From assembly GCA_030650095.1 (NCBI GenBank), contig JAUSEE010000033.1:26757-90756 (forward strand): DNA of 64,000 bases. Reading direction: 5' to 3'. Under the pieces are notes generated by a model. That model made no database searches and had not been told where the DNA came from. It was given only the letters and a program-made list of their open reading frames with translations. Source of the DNA: Candidatus Buchananbacteria bacterium. Lineage in GTDB: Bacteria > Patescibacteriota > Patescibacteriia > 2-01-FULL-39-33. The translations under genes and the position numbers were made by a program. Below, piece after piece: positions 19,505 through 29,173 of the stretch (the stretch's first letter is position 1; each line of letters opens with the position of its first letter).

Positions 19505-19762
19505 ATGCACGATTTTCATTTGGCCGATCAGATTTATAAAACAATCATGGACTACGGCCAGAAAAACGGCTTAAAAAAAATAACTAAAGCCGAGATAGAA
19601 CTGGGTTCACTAGTAGAGCATGGAGAAGAAATTTTACCAGCCAATTTGGATTTTAATATTAAAATGCTGGCCGAGGGGGGCATAGCTGATGGTTTGGAAA
19701 TAAGTATCAAGAGAACGGTTGGCAATTCTTGGACGCTAAAAAACATAGAAGGAGACAAATAA
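19505..19762 (+). CDS. hypA: HypA-like nickel metallochaperone, truncated
   Basis: MHDFHLA N-terminus, IELGSL; no CxxC motifs. Confidence 0.8.
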   Translation: MHDFHLADQIYKTIMDYGQKNGLKKITKAEIELGSLVEHGEEILPANLDFNIKMLAEGGIADGLEISIKRTVGNSWTLKNIEGDK

Positions 19763-19766
19763 ATTT

Positions 19767-20945
19767 GTGAAAATAAAATCCCTAAAAGAATTAAAAAACA
19801 TAAAAGGCCAGAGAATTCTGTTGCGGGTTGATTTTAATGTGCCTATTTCCAGTGGCGGTAAAATTGACAAGAGCGAAGATTACCGCATCGTTCAAACACT
19901 GCCCACTATAAAATATCTGATTAAAAATAAAGCTAAAATAATCATAATGGCGCATCTTGGCCGCCCCGACGGCAAGGTGGTTGAAGCTCTAAGATTAGAT
20001 CCAGTGGCTGTGAGGCTATCGCACTTGCTTAAAAAAGGTATTTATAAGAGCCAGGATATTTTAGGCCAAGAAGTAGAAAAACATATAAGTGAAATGAAAG
20101 ACGGTGATATTTTAATGTTAGAAAATGTCCGTTTTGACAAGCGCGAAGAAAAGGGAGATAAAAAATTTGCTCAAGAGCTGGCCAAGTTAGGCGACATTTA
20201 TATCAATGATGCTTTTGCCGTTTGCCATCGCGATCAAGCATCGGTTTCTACTATTGCCGATTATTTGCCATCGTATGCCGGTTTTTTGCTGGAGGATGAA
20301 TTGAATAATTTAAGCGCTGTTATAAATAAGCCTATTAAACCGCTAACCGTTATAATCGGCGGAGCCAAAATATCAACTAAAATACAATTAATAAAAAGGT
20401 TTTTGACTCTGGCCGACAGCGTTCTGTTGGGCGGAGCCCTGGCTAATACTGTTTTAAATGTCATGGGTGTTACAACCGGCAAATCGCTGGTTGAGCCAAA
20501 GATGTACCCGATCATCAAAAAAATAAAATTAACCGATAATAAATTGCGTGTCCCGGTTGACGGTGTCATGGCTAAAAATTATGAGGCTAAAATTGGCCGG
20601 CTGGATGCCTTAGCCGATGTTAGACCAGAGGAGTTGATTTTAGACATTGGACCAGATACAATAAAGCTGTACGAGAAAATCATAAAATCGTCTAAAATGG
20701 TGGTTTGGAATGGGCCAATGGGATTGATTGAAACGCCTTTTTTCGCCAAAGGAACAGAGGACTTGGTTAAAATCCTGGCCAAATCCAAGGCTTATACGGT
20801 AGCCGGCGGCGGTGAAAGCGTGCAGGTAATTCGCCGTCTGGGCCTGGAAAAAAAGTTTAATTTTGTTTCCACCGGCGGAGGAGCCATGCTGGAATTTTTA
20901 GAGGGCAAAAAGTTGCCCGGTTTGAAAAAAATATTAATTAAATAA
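19767..20945 (+). CDS. pgk: Phosphoglycerate kinase
   Basis: RVDFNVP, AHLGRP, LENVRF, NDAFAVCHR, WNGPMG, STGGGA. Confidence 0.97.
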   Translation: MKIKSLKELKNIKGQRILLRVDFNVPISSGGKIDKSEDYRIVQTLPTIKYLIKNKAKIIIMAHLGRPDGKVVEALRLDPVAVRLSHLLKKGIYKSQDILGQEVEKHISEMKDGDILMLENVRFDKREEKGDKKFAQELAKLGDIYINDAFAVCHRDQASVSTIADYLPSYAGFLLEDELNNLSAVINKPIKPLTVIIGGAKISTKIQLIKRFLTLADSVLLGGALANTVLNVMGVTTGKSLVEPKMYPIIKKIKLTDNKLRVPVDGVMAKNYEAKIGRLDALADVRPEELILDIGPDTIKLYEKIIKSSKMVVWNGPMGLIETPFFAKGTEDLVKILAKSKAYTVAGGGESVQVIRRLGLEKKFNFVSTGGGAMLEFLEGKKLPGLKKILIK

Positions 20946-21935
20946 GTGAATATTATGAGAAGTAAAATTATTGTTTTCGCACCTTTGTTTTTGCTTTTAG
21001 CTCTTTTTTTGTTTCCCAGCATTAGCTTAGCGGCTGATGCTGACCTATCTGTTGAGAGCGTTTCTTTTTCACCGGCCCAGCCGCTTGTAAATCAAACGAC
21101 TAAAATAATAGTCAGAATAAAATATACGGGCAGTTCTTCTTTGACCAGTAATTCATCTGTAAACAGCTTGGCTTTTGCTCATAATGATTTCCAGCAGATT
21201 ACCAGTCCAGAGACCGGCGCATCTGTTAACCCCTCCAGTTCCAATCCGCTTTATTCGGGCACTTATTTCACTTATACTGTGGTGGGCAAATTTATTAATG
21301 CTGGCACAAAAACATTATCTCTCAAAATTGACTGGGCTAATAGTTTAGATGAATCCAATGAAAATAATAATCTGATTATGCCTAAGGTTGATGTTTTAAA
21401 ATCAGGCGACTTGATTAAATTGCCCAATGACTCGGCCATTTATTTGATTAAAGCTGATAATCAGAAGCACTTATTTGTTAACGGCCCGACTTTTTGGAGT
21501 TACCATCGTGGCAATTGGGGCGCTATAAAATTAGACGGCTCTCTGGTTTATATCCAACAAATTTCTCAAACAGCCTTTGATTCCATTGCTACCGGCAGCA
21601 ATATAGGCGTTAAGTCCGGTTCTAGGCTGATTAAATTCCAGAACAGTTCCAGGATTTATACTGTTTTCGGGCTGTCAAAGATTAAATTAATATCCGATCA
21701 AACGGCTCTAAGCTTGTACGGTTCAAAATGGAAAGATAAGGTTGTAACCATTCAAAATGGTTTTGAAGCTGATTACATCAGAGCTGATCAGGATTTCTTT
21801 GATAGCGACAGCGATGGCCTGTCCGATGAAGACGAGCGCAATGTTTATTATACCAATCCTTATAATAACGATAGCGATGGCGATAGTTACAAAGATGGTT
21901 CTGAAGTGTTTTTTGACTATAGCCCAAGTATATAA
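20946..21935 (+). CDS. Secreted protein with CARDB-like Ig domain and Ca-binding DxDxDG repeats
   Basis: Signal peptide, DESNENNN, DSDSDGLSDEDE, DSDGDSYKDGSE. Confidence 0.75.
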   Translation: MNIMRSKIIVFAPLFLLLALFLFPSISLAADADLSVESVSFSPAQPLVNQTTKIIVRIKYTGSSSLTSNSSVNSLAFAHNDFQQITSPETGASVNPSSSNPLYSGTYFTYTVVGKFINAGTKTLSLKIDWANSLDESNENNNLIMPKVDVLKSGDLIKLPNDSAIYLIKADNQKHLFVNGPTFWSYHRGNWGAIKLDGSLVYIQQISQTAFDSIATGSNIGVKSGSRLIKFQNSSRIYTVFGLSKIKLISDQTALSLYGSKWKDKVVTIQNGFEADYIRADQDFFDSDSDGLSDEDERNVYYTNPYNNDSDGDSYKDGSEVFFDYSPSI

Positions 21936-21959
21936 AATTAAATAATAATCATAAAATTT

Positions 21960-22754
21960 ATGCATGAAGACTGTTGCCAGGGTGAGCGTCATGCCCTGAA
22001 AAAAATATTAATGCCGATTGTCGGCATTGTCTTGGCTCTTTTGGGAGTTTATCTAATCTCTTTAACCAGGAATTCGCTTAAAAATTACGATTATATCGGC
22101 AAATCACCGGAATTCAAGAATATTATAACAGTTGATGGCACAGGCAAGGTAACCGCCAAATCAGATATTGCCATTATCAATGCCGGAGTTTTGACTGAAA
22201 AAGTTACAGTCGCTGCCGCTCAAAAGGAAAACACCGAAAAAATGAATGCGATTGTTAAATCACTTAAAGATGACTTTAAGATTGATGGCAACGATATCAA
22301 AACCAGCCAATACAATATTTATCCCCGCTATGATTGGACTAATGGCTCGCAAAGAATCATTGGTTATAGCGTGAGCCAATCGGTGGAAATAAGAGTGCGG
22401 GATTTTGATAAGATTGGCAATATTTTAGCCAAAGCCGCCGAACTGGGCACTAACACCTTAAACGGACCAACCTTTACTATTGATGATCCGGAAGTCTATA
22501 AGGCACAAGCCAGGGAAAAGGCTATTGCCCAAGCTAAAGAAAAAGCCAAAGTCTTGGCTGATCAAGTTGGCATTAAATTGGGAAACATTATAAACTTTTC
22601 TGAAAATTTCGGTTATCCTATTGCAAACACTTACAGTAACGATATGGCGTTTGGATTGGGCGGCGGAACAGAAAAATCCTTGCCGGCTCCAGATATCCAA
22701 GCGGGCAGTGAAGAAATCAATGTTACCATCAATATTAGTTATGAAATAAGGTAA
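21960..22754 (+). CDS. SIMPL (DUF541) domain protein
   Basis: ITVDGTGKV, YNIYPRYD, AREKAIAQAKEKA, ISYEI. Confidence 0.88.
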   Translation: MHEDCCQGERHALKKILMPIVGIVLALLGVYLISLTRNSLKNYDYIGKSPEFKNIITVDGTGKVTAKSDIAIINAGVLTEKVTVAAAQKENTEKMNAIVKSLKDDFKIDGNDIKTSQYNIYPRYDWTNGSQRIIGYSVSQSVEIRVRDFDKIGNILAKAAELGTNTLNGPTFTIDDPEVYKAQAREKAIAQAKEKAKVLADQVGIKLGNIINFSENFGYPIANTYSNDMAFGLGGGTEKSLPAPDIQAGSEEINVTINISYEIR

Positions 22755-22766
22755 CAAATAGGTTTT

Positions 22767-22866
22767 ATCAAAATAAAAGAAATATGATCTTAAAACCAAA
22801 AAGTATTGCATTGGTAGTCGCCGTAGTTGTAATTTTGATTGTCGGTGGAGTTTATGTTTGGCAGAA
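22767..22866 (+). repeat. 100-bp direct repeat, copy 1 (upstream region plus signal-anchor codons)
   Basis: Identical to 23402-23501. Confidence 0.95.
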
Positions 22867-23398
22867 ATTTAATAATTCAATTAAAGTATCACATCCAGCG
22901 GTAGTTGTTGGTGATAAATATATTCTTGATAAAGTAGGTAGTAATTATAATAAACTTTTTGAATACCAAGAAGGGTATTGTGGTTTAAATCCAAACTCAA
23001 ATCAGAAAGAATGTACCCTTATTTATGATTTTAAAGGAGTGGATGAAGACTTTGATATTCAATTTAGTATAACTGAAAATTATGAGGTAACAACTCAGGC
23101 TAATTATATTAAAATACCAAACTGCTTATCCTATCCAGAGAAATGCACTATTATACCCAAGTCAAAAGCAATAAAGATTGCTCAAGAGAATAAATTTGAG
23201 GGAGATGAAAAATTGTGGACGGTTAATTTTGATTGGGATGCACATTACAATACGGATGCTTATGTTTGGCAAATTTTTGTCACGACAGGACCCGGTCCAT
23301 GCGGTAAAAATGGACAAAATGTCGGTAAAGTAATGATAATTAGTGCGTATTCTGGAAAAGTTTTAGGTATAGAGAATACCGGCGGCGCCTGTTATTAA
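22784..23398 (+). CDS. Membrane-anchored Cys-containing protein with PepSY-like C-terminus
   Basis: N-terminal TM helix; KAIKIAQ...YVWQI...IISAYSGKVL. Confidence 0.7.
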   Translation: MILKPKSIALVVAVVVILIVGGVYVWQKFNNSIKVSHPAVVVGDKYILDKVGSNYNKLFEYQEGYCGLNPNSNQKECTLIYDFKGVDEDFDIQFSITENYEVTTQANYIKIPNCLSYPEKCTIIPKSKAIKIAQENKFEGDEKLWTVNFDWDAHYNTDAYVWQIFVTTGPGPCGKNGQNVGKVMIISAYSGKVLGIENTGGACY

Positions 23399-23401
23399 TA
23401 A

Positions 23402-23501
23402 ATCAAAATAAAAGAAATATGATCTTAAAACCAAAAAGTATTGCATTGGTAGTCGCCGTAGTTGTAATTTTGATTGTCGGTGGAGTTTATGTTTGGCAGA
23501 A
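23402..23501 (+). repeat. 100-bp direct repeat, copy 2
   Basis: Identical to 22767-22866. Confidence 0.95.
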
Positions 23502-23802
23502 GTCAACTCTTTCAGATCTGAAAGGGGCAAAAGAATTAGATAATGAAAGAGCTGAATGTGAGCTAAAAGGAGGCAAATGGATTAATCATGGAGATTTGTA
23601 TCCACCAAAACCGGTCTGTAATTTGCCAACAGCTGATGCCGGGAAAAAATGCACTGATTCTGATCAATGTGAAAGTTATTGTCAGGCACCAAAGAATTCT
23701 AAAATCGGAGTAAACACTACCGGTACATGTTATGAATGGAAACTTGCAGAATGTATGCAAGAAGTCAAAGACGGTAAAGCTGAAGCCACATGGTGTTATT
23801 AG
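23419..23802 (+). CDS. Membrane-anchored Cys-rich protein
   Basis: Same first 28 aa as previous ORF; CELKGGKW, DAGKKCTDSDQCESYC. Confidence 0.75.
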   Translation: MILKPKSIALVVAVVVILIVGGVYVWQKSTLSDLKGAKELDNERAECELKGGKWINHGDLYPPKPVCNLPTADAGKKCTDSDQCESYCQAPKNSKIGVNTTGTCYEWKLAECMQEVKDGKAEATWCY

Positions 23803-23850
23803 GGTATGAATTATTAATTAAAAACTGATTAAAAATTAATAATTGTTTCT

Positions 23851-24348
23851 ATGATCTTAAAACCAAAAGTATTGATTGCAGTAGTCATTATTATTTTGTT
23901 GTTAGTAGGAGGAATATTTCTTTATCGCCAGTACTCGATAAATACCGTGGCGGGAAATTATAATTTAGATGAGATGGAATGTAAATCAAATGGCTGGAAG
24001 TGGGTATCTAAATCAAGTGAATGTAATACGCCAAGAAGTAAACTTTGTCAGGAAAATTCAGATGGTACGCGTGATTGTATCAAAGATTGTGTCGAAGTAA
24101 AAAATTATGACGGCTGTAACAATTGCCAAGTGAAGGACAAAAAATTGGTAAATTGCACTTCTTGGGATTGCGCGCTTTACCAGGATCCTATATGCATTAA
24201 AAATAGACCAATAACTGAATCTTATTGTGCTGGATTTAACTATCAAAACTGCCCAAATGGTTGTGAGACGGGACCGTCGTGTTCAATATGTACGGATATT
24301 GGATGTCATATAGAAGGGTACCGAAATAATGCTGAATATTGGAAATAA
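23851..24348 (+). CDS. Membrane-anchored Cys-rich protein with DGCNxC motif
   Basis: Diverged MILKPK leader; YDGCNNCQV...CTSWDC. Confidence 0.72.
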   Translation: MILKPKVLIAVVIIILLLVGGIFLYRQYSINTVAGNYNLDEMECKSNGWKWVSKSSECNTPRSKLCQENSDGTRDCIKDCVEVKNYDGCNNCQVKDKKLVNCTSWDCALYQDPICIKNRPITESYCAGFNYQNCPNGCETGPSCSICTDIGCHIEGYRNNAEYWK

Positions 24349-24445
24349 TTACATAACTTTTTATTATAATTTTTTCTTCTATTGGTTACAAAAATAAAGA
24401 ATATTCCTAATTATTTAATGATCAAAAATAGAACCAATCAAATAA

Positions 24446-25717
24446 ATGTCTAAAATAAAAAAATTCATGGCAAAAATAAAATCAATCAAAGGACGTGAAA
24501 TATTGGATTCCCGCGGCAATCCGACTGTAGAAGTGGAAGTTGTTTTAGACAATGGCAAAAAAGCTTGGGCCGGTGTTCCATCAGGCGCTTCTACTGGGTC
24601 TTACGAGGCTTTGGAACTGCGAGATGGCGATAAAAAAAGATACGGTGGCAAAGGTGTTTTAAAAGCGGTTAACAATATCAATAAAAAAATAGCGCCCAAG
24701 CTGATAGGCTTAGATCCAACCAAACAGACAGAAATTGATAAACTAATGATTAAACTGGACGGAACAGAAAATAAATCTAATTTGGGAGCTAATGCTATTT
24801 TAGGAGTTTCTTTGGCCGTAGCCAGATGCGGCGCTTTTTCTACCGGTAAGCCGCTTTATGTCTACCTTAGAAAAAAATTCTGGCCCAAGGAAAAGCAGTG
24901 GAAATTTCCGGTGCCCATGATGAACATCTTAAATGGCGGCGCTCATGCAGGCTGGTCTATTGATATCCAGGAATTTATGGTTACGCCGCAGCAGAAAAAT
25001 ATAAAGGAAGCCGTCAGATGCGGCGCGGAGATTTTTCAATCTTTAAAATCAATTTTAAAAGATATGGGCTATCCGACGACCGTGGGCGATGAGGGCGGTT
25101 ATGCCCCATCTTTGCCCGGCAATGACAAAGCTTTATCTATTATGTCCCAAGCGATTAAAAAAGCCGGCTATGGCTTTGGCCAGGATGTTAAAATTGCCAT
25201 TGATGCCGCTTCCTCGGAATTTTTTAAGGATGGCCGATATGAAATGAAAGCCGACAAAAAAAATAGGACAGCGCCAGAGATGGTTAAAATGTATCAAAAT
25301 TGGCTGGCCAAATACCCCATTGAATCAATAGAAGACGGCTTATCAGAAGATGATTGGTCTGGCTGGAAACAGTTAACCAAACAATTGGGCCAGAAAGTCT
25401 CTTTGGTGGGCGATGATTTATTTGTGACCAATGTTAAAAAATTGAAAGAAGGCATAGCTAAAAAAATTGGCAATGCTATTTTGATCAAATTGAATCAAAT
25501 CGGCAGCGTGACCGAAACCGTGGAAGCGATAAAATTGGCGCAGAAAAATAAATATAAAATTGCCGTTTCACACAGAAGCGGGGAGACAGTTGATGATTTT
25601 ATCGCTGATTTGGCGGTGGCTTGCGGAGCGCAGTATATCAAGACCGGTTCTCTTTCACGCGGTGAAAGAGTGGCCAAATACAACAGATTGATGGAAATCT
25701 GGGATGAAGTAAAATAA
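24446..25717 (+). CDS. eno: Enolase (start possibly 24467)
   Basis: [38 protein letters not shown]. Confidence 0.98.
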   Translation: MSKIKKFMAKIKSIKGREILDSRGNPTVEVEVVLDNGKKAWAGVPSGASTGSYEALELRDGDKKRYGGKGVLKAVNNINKKIAPKLIGLDPTKQTEIDKLMIKLDGTENKSNLGANAILGVSLAVARCGAFSTGKPLYVYLRKKFWPKEKQWKFPVPMMNILNGGAHAGWSIDIQEFMVTPQQKNIKEAVRCGAEIFQSLKSILKDMGYPTTVGDEGGYAPSLPGNDKALSIMSQAIKKAGYGFGQDVKIAIDAASSEFFKDGRYEMKADKKNRTAPEMVKMYQNWLAKYPIESIEDGLSEDDWSGWKQLTKQLGQKVSLVGDDLFVTNVKKLKEGIAKKIGNAILIKLNQIGSVTETVEAIKLAQKNKYKIAVSHRSGETVDDFIADLAVACGAQYIKTGSLSRGERVAKYNRLMEIWDEVK

Positions 25718-25761
25718 TTTTAATTAAAAAACAGTCCAGCCAAGGCGGGACTGTTTTTTAA

Positions 25762-25790
25762 TTGACAAAATCGTTTCTTTATGAGAAAAT
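25762..25790 (+). promoter_or_regulatory. Sigma70-type promoter directly after the eno terminator hairpin
   Basis: TTGACA-17 bp-GAAAAT with TG; upstream hairpin AAACAGTCC...GGACTGTTT. Confidence 0.55.
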
Positions 25791-25907
25791 CCGGTTGTTA
25801 TAAGTTTAACATTAGTTCATTTAAAAATTTATTTAATAATCAGAAGCAGCCATTTAAATCAAAGACCAAATGATTTTTAAAGGATAACCCAGAAGGAGGG
25901 TGCCAGA

Positions 25908-27488
25908 GTGCTAGAAAATAATCACTATGACGCTGTAATTATCGGCGGCGGACACAACGGACTGGTTTGCGCCGCTTATTTGGCCAAGCACGGCCTTAAA
26001 GTTATAGTGCTCGAGCAAAGGCATATTTTAGGCGGAGCTTGCATTACGGAAGAAATAGCCGGCTGTAAGGTCAGCCGCGCTTCTTATGTTTATAGTTTGT
26101 TTTCGCCTAAAGTTGTTTCCGATCTCGGCCTTATCGCCAATGGCTTGGAGATTTTAGAAAGAGATCCACCTTCTTTTACGCCCATGCTGGATGGCCGTTA
26201 TTTGATATTGCATCAGGATATGAAAAGAAGCCAGGCGGCTATAGCTAAGTTTTCCAATTCGGATGCCCAGGCTTATCCGGTTTATGAGGCAATGTTAGAC
26301 AGGATTGTTCGATTTATTGAGCCGATTCTTCACCGAACACCGCCTGATTTTAACAATAAAAGGGATTGGTTTAAATTGTTACAATTAGGTTTTGACACAT
26401 TGAAATTAAAAAAAGATTTGCCAGTTTTGGCCGAACTGTTCAGTTTGAGTGCTTATGATTTTGTCACAAAATATTTTGAAAGCGAACCCCTAATTTCCAC
26501 TCTTTGCACCGATGGCATCATCGGCAGCATTGGCGGTCCCATGACGGCTGGCACAGCTTATGTCCTACTTCATCATGTAATGGGAGAGGTTAACGGTCAT
26601 CGTGGGCGTTGGGGTTATGTGAGAGGAGGCATGGGCGGTTTAACTGAAGCCATTTTGAAAACTTTTATCGTACATGGCGGCCAGTATCTTACCCAAGCCG
26701 ACGTGGCTAAAATCCTGATCAGAAACAGCCGAGCCGTTGGAGTGGTTTTAAAAGATGGCCGAATAATTAATTCTAAAATCGTTATTTCCAGCGCCGATCC
26801 TCATAATACTTTTTCGGTTATGATTGATCCAAAAGAATTGCCTAATGATTTTGAGACAGCTGTAAATAAAATTAATTATGCCAGCGCCACTTCTAAAATA
26901 AATTTAGTGATTGATGGCTATTTGCAGTTCCATTGTTATGCTGGCATTGTTTCTGGCACTTTCCACATCGGAGAAACATCCAAGGAAATGGAGAAAGCGG
27001 CTGATGATGCCAAGTATGGACGCATTTCCGATAATTTGATTTTGGAAGGCTGCGTGCCATCTGTAGTTGATAATACATTAGCTCCCGTTGGCCGGCATAT
27101 TATCAGCTTGCTGGTGCAATATACGCCCTACAAATTAGCCGATGGTGTGTGGAGCGATAGAAAATCAGAGTTGCTTCTTAAAACCATAGACCGATTAGCT
27201 CTCTATACCAATATCAATAAATTGGGTATTTTAGCAGCCGACGTGCTTACTCCAACTGATTTGGAAAATGATTTCAGATTGACCGGCGGCAATTTATTCC
27301 ATGGCCTAATGAACCCAAGCCAGCTCTTCAGTTTTAGGCCGGTTTCTGGTTTTGCTGATTATCGCACGCCCATTGCCGGACTGTATCTTTGCGGTTCCGG
27401 CACTCATCCCGGCGGCGGCATAACCGGCATACCCGGACATAATGCCGCCAAAGAAATTATCAGAGACAAAAAATGGTTCAAAAAGTAG
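25908..27488 (+). CDS. FAD-dependent oxidoreductase, phytoene dehydrogenase (CrtI/CrtO/PYROXD2-like) family
   Basis: IIGGGHNGLVCAAYLA, GGACITEE, GGMGGL, GGNLFHG, LYLCGSGTHPGGGITG; SD AAGGAGG. Confidence 0.88.
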   Translation: MLENNHYDAVIIGGGHNGLVCAAYLAKHGLKVIVLEQRHILGGACITEEIAGCKVSRASYVYSLFSPKVVSDLGLIANGLEILERDPPSFTPMLDGRYLILHQDMKRSQAAIAKFSNSDAQAYPVYEAMLDRIVRFIEPILHRTPPDFNNKRDWFKLLQLGFDTLKLKKDLPVLAELFSLSAYDFVTKYFESEPLISTLCTDGIIGSIGGPMTAGTAYVLLHHVMGEVNGHRGRWGYVRGGMGGLTEAILKTFIVHGGQYLTQADVAKILIRNSRAVGVVLKDGRIINSKIVISSADPHNTFSVMIDPKELPNDFETAVNKINYASATSKINLVIDGYLQFHCYAGIVSGTFHIGETSKEMEKAADDAKYGRISDNLILEGCVPSVVDNTLAPVGRHIISLLVQYTPYKLADGVWSDRKSELLLKTIDRLALYTNINKLGILAADVLTPTDLENDFRLTGGNLFHGLMNPSQLFSFRPVSGFADYRTPIAGLYLCGSGTHPGGGITGIPGHNAAKEIIRDKKWFKK

Positions 27489-27597
27489 CTAGTTATCAAA
27501 GCTCGCGTCTAAAACACGCGAGTTTTTATTTTTACCAGCTGTGGTTATCAATTGGTTTATTTGTGCTATAATAAATACAAATAATATCATTCAAATA

Positions 27598-29169
27598 ATG
27601 ACTAAAAAAGCAGGTTCTAAAACAAAAAAGCTACCTAAAAAAGTAGTTTTGCTTATTTTAGACGGTTGGGGTTTGGGAGAGGAAAATGAGGGCAACGCCA
27701 TTTACTTGGCTAAAACGCCGTTCATGGATTCCCTTTATAAAAAATACCCCTGGACGAAAATCAATGCTTCCGGTAAATATGTCGGCTTGCCGGCTAATCA
27801 GGTAGGTAATTCCGAAGCCGGCCATATTAATATTGGCGCCGGCCGCATTGTTGATCAGGATGTGGTAAAAATTTCCAAGCAAATTAACACCGGTGAATTT
27901 TTCAAGAATCCGGCTTTTGTCGCGGCTATTAATCATATCAAAAAAGAAAAATCGGCTCTGCATATCATAGGCATGATTTCCAATAATCAAAGCCCTCACA
28001 GTGATCCCAATCATTTGCTGGCTTTGCTTTCTTTGGCGCGCCAACATAAAGTTAAAAATATTTATTTGCATCTTTTTACTGATGGCCGCGATTCTCCGCC
28101 TCGTTCCTCGCTTAGATTAATTGAAGCTTTGGAAAGACAGTTAAAGCCCAATGAAATAATTGCCACAGTTATCGGCCGTTTTTATGCCATGGATAGGAAA
28201 AAGAATTGGTCGAGCACTTGGTGGGCTTATGAGGCGATGACCAGCGGTCAAGGGCATAAAGCCAAGAGTCCGCAAGAAGGCATTACCAGAGCTTATAATG
28301 CCGGAATCACCGATGAATTCATAGAACCGATAGTACTTTATAAAAATGGCAAAATAATTAAAAGAATTTCTAACAATGACGCTATTATATTTTTTAATTT
28401 AAGATCTGATCGGGCCAGACAAATGGCTAAACCCTTTGTTCAATCTGACTTTGAAAAAAATAATCTCTCGGCTCTAAAACGTAAAAAGGTTTTAAAGAAT
28501 ATTGTTTTTGTAGCCATGACTGATTTTGGGCCGGACCTGGATAGTATTTTAACCGCCTACCCATCTGAAGATATCAAGGATTCATTGCCGGTACTATTAA
28601 AACACAAAACCCAAATTTATATAGCGGAAAAGGAAAAATATGCTCATGTGACTTATTTTGTCAATGGCGGTTATGCTGATCCGGTCAATGGCGAAAAAAG
28701 GCTGGTGTTGCCTTCGCCATCGGTGCCTTCTTACGAAAAGACTCCAGCCATGTCTACGCCCAAAGTCGCCCAAGCGGTTATAAAAAATATAAAAAAATAT
28801 GATTTTATCTGCGCCAATATCTCCTCGCCCGATATGATCGGCCATACCGGCAATTTAAAGGCTGGCATTAAGGCGGCGGAAATAGTTGATAAATATATTA
28901 AAAAAATTTATCAAGTGGCTATGAAAGAAAAAACCATCTTGATTATTACGGCTGATCATGGTAATTTAGAGTACATGCTTGATGTAAAAACCAGGGAAGT
29001 CGTTACCGAACACACTAGTAATCCGGTGCCTTTTATTTTGATTGATAACGGCGCTTTAAGGCATAAAAAATTAAAGGCCGGCGGTTGCCTTAGTGATATT
29101 GCTCCGACAATTCTTAAAATTTTTGATATTAAAAAAAGCAAGTTAATGAAAGGGGATAGTTTAATTTAG
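27598..29169 (+). CDS. gpmI: 2,3-bisphosphoglycerate-independent phosphoglycerate mutase, paralog 1
   Basis: LILDGWG, GNSEAGH, DGRD, GRFYAMDR, DMIGH, ADHGN; ATG at 27598 after TGCTATAAT. Confidence 0.95.
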   Translation: MTKKAGSKTKKLPKKVVLLILDGWGLGEENEGNAIYLAKTPFMDSLYKKYPWTKINASGKYVGLPANQVGNSEAGHINIGAGRIVDQDVVKISKQINTGEFFKNPAFVAAINHIKKEKSALHIIGMISNNQSPHSDPNHLLALLSLARQHKVKNIYLHLFTDGRDSPPRSSLRLIEALERQLKPNEIIATVIGRFYAMDRKKNWSSTWWAYEAMTSGQGHKAKSPQEGITRAYNAGITDEFIEPIVLYKNGKIIKRISNNDAIIFFNLRSDRARQMAKPFVQSDFEKNNLSALKRKKVLKNIVFVAMTDFGPDLDSILTAYPSEDIKDSLPVLLKHKTQIYIAEKEKYAHVTYFVNGGYADPVNGEKRLVLPSPSVPSYEKTPAMSTPKVAQAVIKNIKKYDFICANISSPDMIGHTGNLKAGIKAAEIVDKYIKKIYQVAMKEKTILIITADHGNLEYMLDVKTREVVTEHTSNPVPFILIDNGALRHKKLKAGGCLSDIAPTILKIFDIKKSKLMKGDSLI

Positions 29170-29173
29170 AAAT

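Noticed and set aside
22767-23501. Diversity-generating retroelement TR/VR pair or CRISPR repeats
   Set aside because: Repeats are identical with no adenine-specific mismatches, lie at gene 5' ends and are 100 bp long; no reverse transcriptase or cas genes in the window
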